From Neoechinorhynchus agilis (Eukaryota; Animalia; Acanthocephala), in contig CM121342.1 in NCBI GenBank assembly GCA_051530055.1, forward strand, positions 15,329,480 through 15,393,479: a stretch of DNA of 64,000 nucleotides. Direction: 5' to 3'. How positions within the stretch are numbered: position 1 is the first letter of the stretch; the number at the start of each line of letters is the position of its first letter. Made by a program: the position numbers and the translations under genes. Positions 60,255 to 64,000 of the stretch are shown here, piece after piece. The notes beneath the pieces were generated by a model that searched no databases, had not been told where the DNA came from, and was given only the letters and a program-made list of their open reading frames with translations.

Positions 60255-63200
60255 TTAGATGGAAAAAAAGTGAAAACAATTGATGTCATAATAAATTCTG
60301 ATGGCACGTTGCTGGCCTTTTTAAAAGTTTTTTGCAAGTCGTTGCAGTGGCAGTACTGAACCACAGTTAGCTACTATGTTTTAGTGAAGAAAATCGTTTT
60401 TGGAGACTTTTTGTCTATTTGTGGCATGTGCACGTGTCTGCATTCTATTTTAAGAATAAATTGTTCATCCCCGTTTCAACGCCGTAGTCAAAAATAGTGG
60501 ATGAATTCTTTAATTAAGCTCTTGATTTTTTAATGTCGTTACCCTTGGAAGGTCGAGTAAATTCAGAAATTTGTTCTTCCAATTTATTTCATGTCTCCGG
60601 AAACAGGCCATATTTCTTATCGCGATGATCCCTATATTCGGTCGAATCCTCTAATATATAAAAGGAGAAATCACAGACAATCGTGCATGGATCTTCTTGG
60701 CAGCTCAAATTTTATTATATCACGCAAGTTCACTTGCGAGTTGTTGGTCGTTGTATGAATCACTATGTCTTGGCTTCGAAGCAAGAGCGGCTTTTACGAG
60801 ATTAGTGTATGCAAAGGTAAATTTTTTTTGAGAATGATAGAAGTTGTTTAATTCCTCACCTACACATTGTAGTGCTTGAAGCTTTCTCTTCATCAATGTG
60901 ATCGAATCGAATCGGGATATCTTAGCAGTCTCATAAGTACTGATAGTTACTCGTTTAACATGTTTGCACAATTCAGTGTTCGAGTTCTTGGAAGCATTTT
61001 GAAATTTATTATGGTATTTACATTTTGCTATCTTTACATTGACACGTTCGCTGCAATCGCGATATGCGTTTATCTCATTGCCTTTGCACTTACACCTGTC
61101 TATATGATTGGCCTACGACTAATTAGGTTAGCCAATAAGTGCATAAGACCGGCTTTAAATTCTTTTGCAGGAAACGCATTAACAAACAAGTCGATACGAG
61201 ACTTCGCAATCTCACCATATATTGCCGCTTCGCTCAGACCCTCAAAATGTGCTGCTTGGATACAGTTATTTATAAAGTTATATGCCGCTTAAATAAGAAG
61301 GAAACGTTCTTCTGTGCACTGAAAAATCTTGTGGAAGCGAACTCTTGTACACTTCCCATTTTACTTCACTCATTTATCACACTGACGTATATTGTGATAA
61401 GTTTCAAAGCCAGCGGAAACCTGCCAAGTGGAGTAAAGGTGTTTCAATTGATGGCAGTATCTCCCGTTTTGCGACTTACAATCGGAAGTGATGTAATTAT
61501 ATTTTTTACTCGCTTTTCGGAAGTGAAACTCTCCCTTGAGAGGCTGCAGGTATAGTTTGTTTATTCAGATAAAAAGCATTTTCATTCTAATTCAGAAACT
61601 AGCTGAGGATGTTGATATGAATTGCGATCATCTGAATCAACGACCGGAAAACACAAAGAATGATTCGCACTATGCCATAGATTTATCGTCTTTAAGTTCA
61701 TCGTGGAACAATGAGGTATGTACCTTACTCTCCTTTACTCCATTAAATCCTTAATTTTATTTAGGCTTCGTCTATCAATATAAGAAATACTTCTTTAAAG
61801 ATTGAAAGAGGAACTTTGACTTACATTATCGGACCGTCCAAATCTGGAAAAACGTCTCTGCTTTACTCAATATTGAACGAGTTGCGAATCGTAAGCGGCA
61901 GTGTAAACATCCACGGAAGCGTCTCCATCAGCACCCAAACTCCGTGGCTGTTCCCTGGCAAATGCTTTGCCTCAAAAAGATCTCACGATGATCGGTGATG
62001 GAGGAAGTGGTTTAAGCGATGGACAAAAAGCGAGAGTTTCATTGACCATGGCGATTTACCGAGACGTAGACGTGTATCTTCTTGATGATCCTTTGACTGC
62101 AGTTGATTATAAAACAAGAACACATATTTTAAAGCAGTTAGTATTTGCCTTAAATAAATCCAAAAGGCGTTCAATCGAACTCTATGTAGTTGCAATCGAA
62201 ATTTCCTAAAAGACAAAACCGTATTATACTGCGCCTCCAAGGTCCTGGATGCCGGTCGTGCCGCCACGGTCGTAACTCTGAAGGACGTAAGTTAGCATAT
62301 GATTTCCTGAAAGCATTCAAATCTATTTCTTAGGGTTCGATTGAATTAATGGACGAAGAAAGTGCTTCAAATTATGACGACGATTCTGATTCGCCGCGTA
62401 CTCAGCAAGATTCTGACTTCGAACTAATAACTCTGGACAAAGTGGCTCGGCGTTACTCGATGTGTTCACAGAATGAAAGATTCGAAATAGGCGGATTTAT
62501 CCTAAAGTCAAGAACGGTAGATGCCGTGGGCTGGATTAAACTTTTGGGAAAACCATTTACACCGAACAAAATTGGAACCGCTACTGCCCCCTTTTTAATT
62601 CTGTTTTGGCGCGGATCACATACTTTTCGCATGCTGTCGGAATACTGTCTTTCTCGCTGGCTCTCGGCAGAAACCGAAAATGGCACTCTCTATTTAGGTT
62701 CGCTTATTTTGAAAAGATAAGTTTCTTATTTGTTTTTATAGGTTACCTCCTCGGATTTGTAATCTGTGCTGGGTTGGTTCTATTTATCACCATCACCATG
62801 ATTGGCTACGATACATTTTACGCTCATTCAAGGAGTTTGGCAAGAGTGATGGGATCGTATTCGTTTATATTCGAGAAAGTACTGCGAGGTTTTTTTGAAG
62901 TATTCTGAGAGATAAGATTATGTTCTTTAAAAAGGTGTTACGTTCAATCGATTGTCGTTCGATATCGGCGTTATGCAAAATTTCGTGCCCATTTTAATTT
63001 ATGCTGTAGGACAGGTATAGTACAAATTTTATTAAACCAAATTGCGGTCTGTTATTATTTTAAATTATGGAAACAAACGATAAAACATATTTTGTTTTAG
63101 CGTAAAAGCATTTTCTGCGGGTGAGCCAATTTTATTATTGATACACCCGAGATGAGAGCGCGAATCAGCCATATTGACTTCCTCTTGCCTTTGCCTCTTT

Positions 63201-64000
63201 TTTAATTCAAACAGAATCTTCCAAATATTTACTTTAATTTCAGCAAAATCTATTTTTTTGTAAAATGACAACATTTTATTTTAGGGTTGTTCACTAATCT
63301 CCGCATTTATGATCTCCATTTGCTGCATCTGTCCTGTAGCGGTCGCATTCGTACTACCGGCGATTTTAGCTATGGCTTTCCTGGTATACCACCAAATAAA
63401 TCTAATGGCCGCAGGATATCAAATGGAATCTGACAGTAAGACTCCTGTTTGAAAATGCTACGCTCATCTTGAAACATTCATCTTGTAGCTCGAACAAACA
63501 TACTAACCCATTTGATAGCAACCCACCAAGGTCTCGTATCAGTTCGAGCATCTAAAGCTGAAATGATATCAGAGTTCGAGTACACAATTGGTTTGAGATT
63601 GCTTCGATAAATGAGAATCTTTTTTGATCTAATGGTTTTAGATACGAACAATCAACTACGGTACACGCTAATTTTGCTTGATCGAATAGCTCAATTCACT
63701 GTTGATTTCGTTATTCTCTTAGTCATGCTGGTGACTACGAATGTTTTCTTGTACTTCTACAATGGTTAGCTAATTTCAAGCAATTAAAAATTCCGAGTAA
63801 TTAAAAATCGTAAAAGGAACCACTGAGGTCGGACAACTGGCAGTAACATATACAATAGTAGTAGCTGAAATCGCCCGATTGTTTATCCAACAGGCTCAAA
63901 TAAGTATTAATCACGTTCGTAAAAGCATTGCTTCTACAAGAAATAATGTTCTCTATGATTGATAGTTGCTGTCGGCTGCTAGAGTTTTCGATCTTTATGA
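60255..64000 (+). pseudogene. ABCC/MRP4-like transporter (TMD1-NBD1-linker-TMD2, runs off the window), apparently disrupted
   Basis: LVYAK|CLKLS, GPSKSGKTSLL (Walker A), DLTMIGDGGSGLSDGQKARVSL, VYLLDDPLTAVD. Apparent lesions: ~35 aa missing with a frame change near 61960, a 1-nt frameshift near 62890 relative to the left copy, and possible stops at 60357 and 60652. Confidence 0.7.

Noticed and set aside
1-64000. Variant genetic code to explain in-frame stops (SYS1, ABCC, cadherin-like region)
   Set aside because: TAA ends VPS35 and COX4, TGA ends HK, RPL12 and Pax, and TAG ends the ABCC NBD2 exon, each at a plausible C-terminus.
1-64000. CRISPR arrays, rRNA or tRNA genes, prokaryotic operons
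   Set aside because: No repeat-spacer arrays or cloverleaf structures seen; the genes have spliceosomal introns.

Overview
This is AT-rich eukaryotic, almost certainly animal, genomic DNA from a fast-evolving lineage. Most GT-AG introns are very short (43-57 nt). The taxon cannot be fixed from sequence alone. Host genes: a Pax gene (paired domain plus S50 homeodomain, 5' end outside the window), VPS35, SYS1, COX4, an EFCAB5-like multi-exon gene, a single-domain hexokinase, an intronless RPL12 and an orphan one-TM ORF. Two inverted, degenerate ABCC/MRP4-like copies bracket most of the window, and a possible decayed cadherin-repeat gene is present. Roughly half the window is decayed, often nested transposons: Mag-like Ty3/gypsy, CR1/L2-like LINEs, RTE-group LINEs, CRE-like RLE elements, Penelope-like elements (PLEs) and MITEs. 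The most distinctive non-coding signal is a set of minimal type-I hammerhead ribozyme motifs. Four have near-canonical cores at PLE ends, one more at a PLE end is degenerate, and a separate family of decayed motifs sits among long palindromes at 50-52 kb. All homology calls come from motif recognition and recall, not database searches. No CRISPR, rRNA or tRNA genes are supported.
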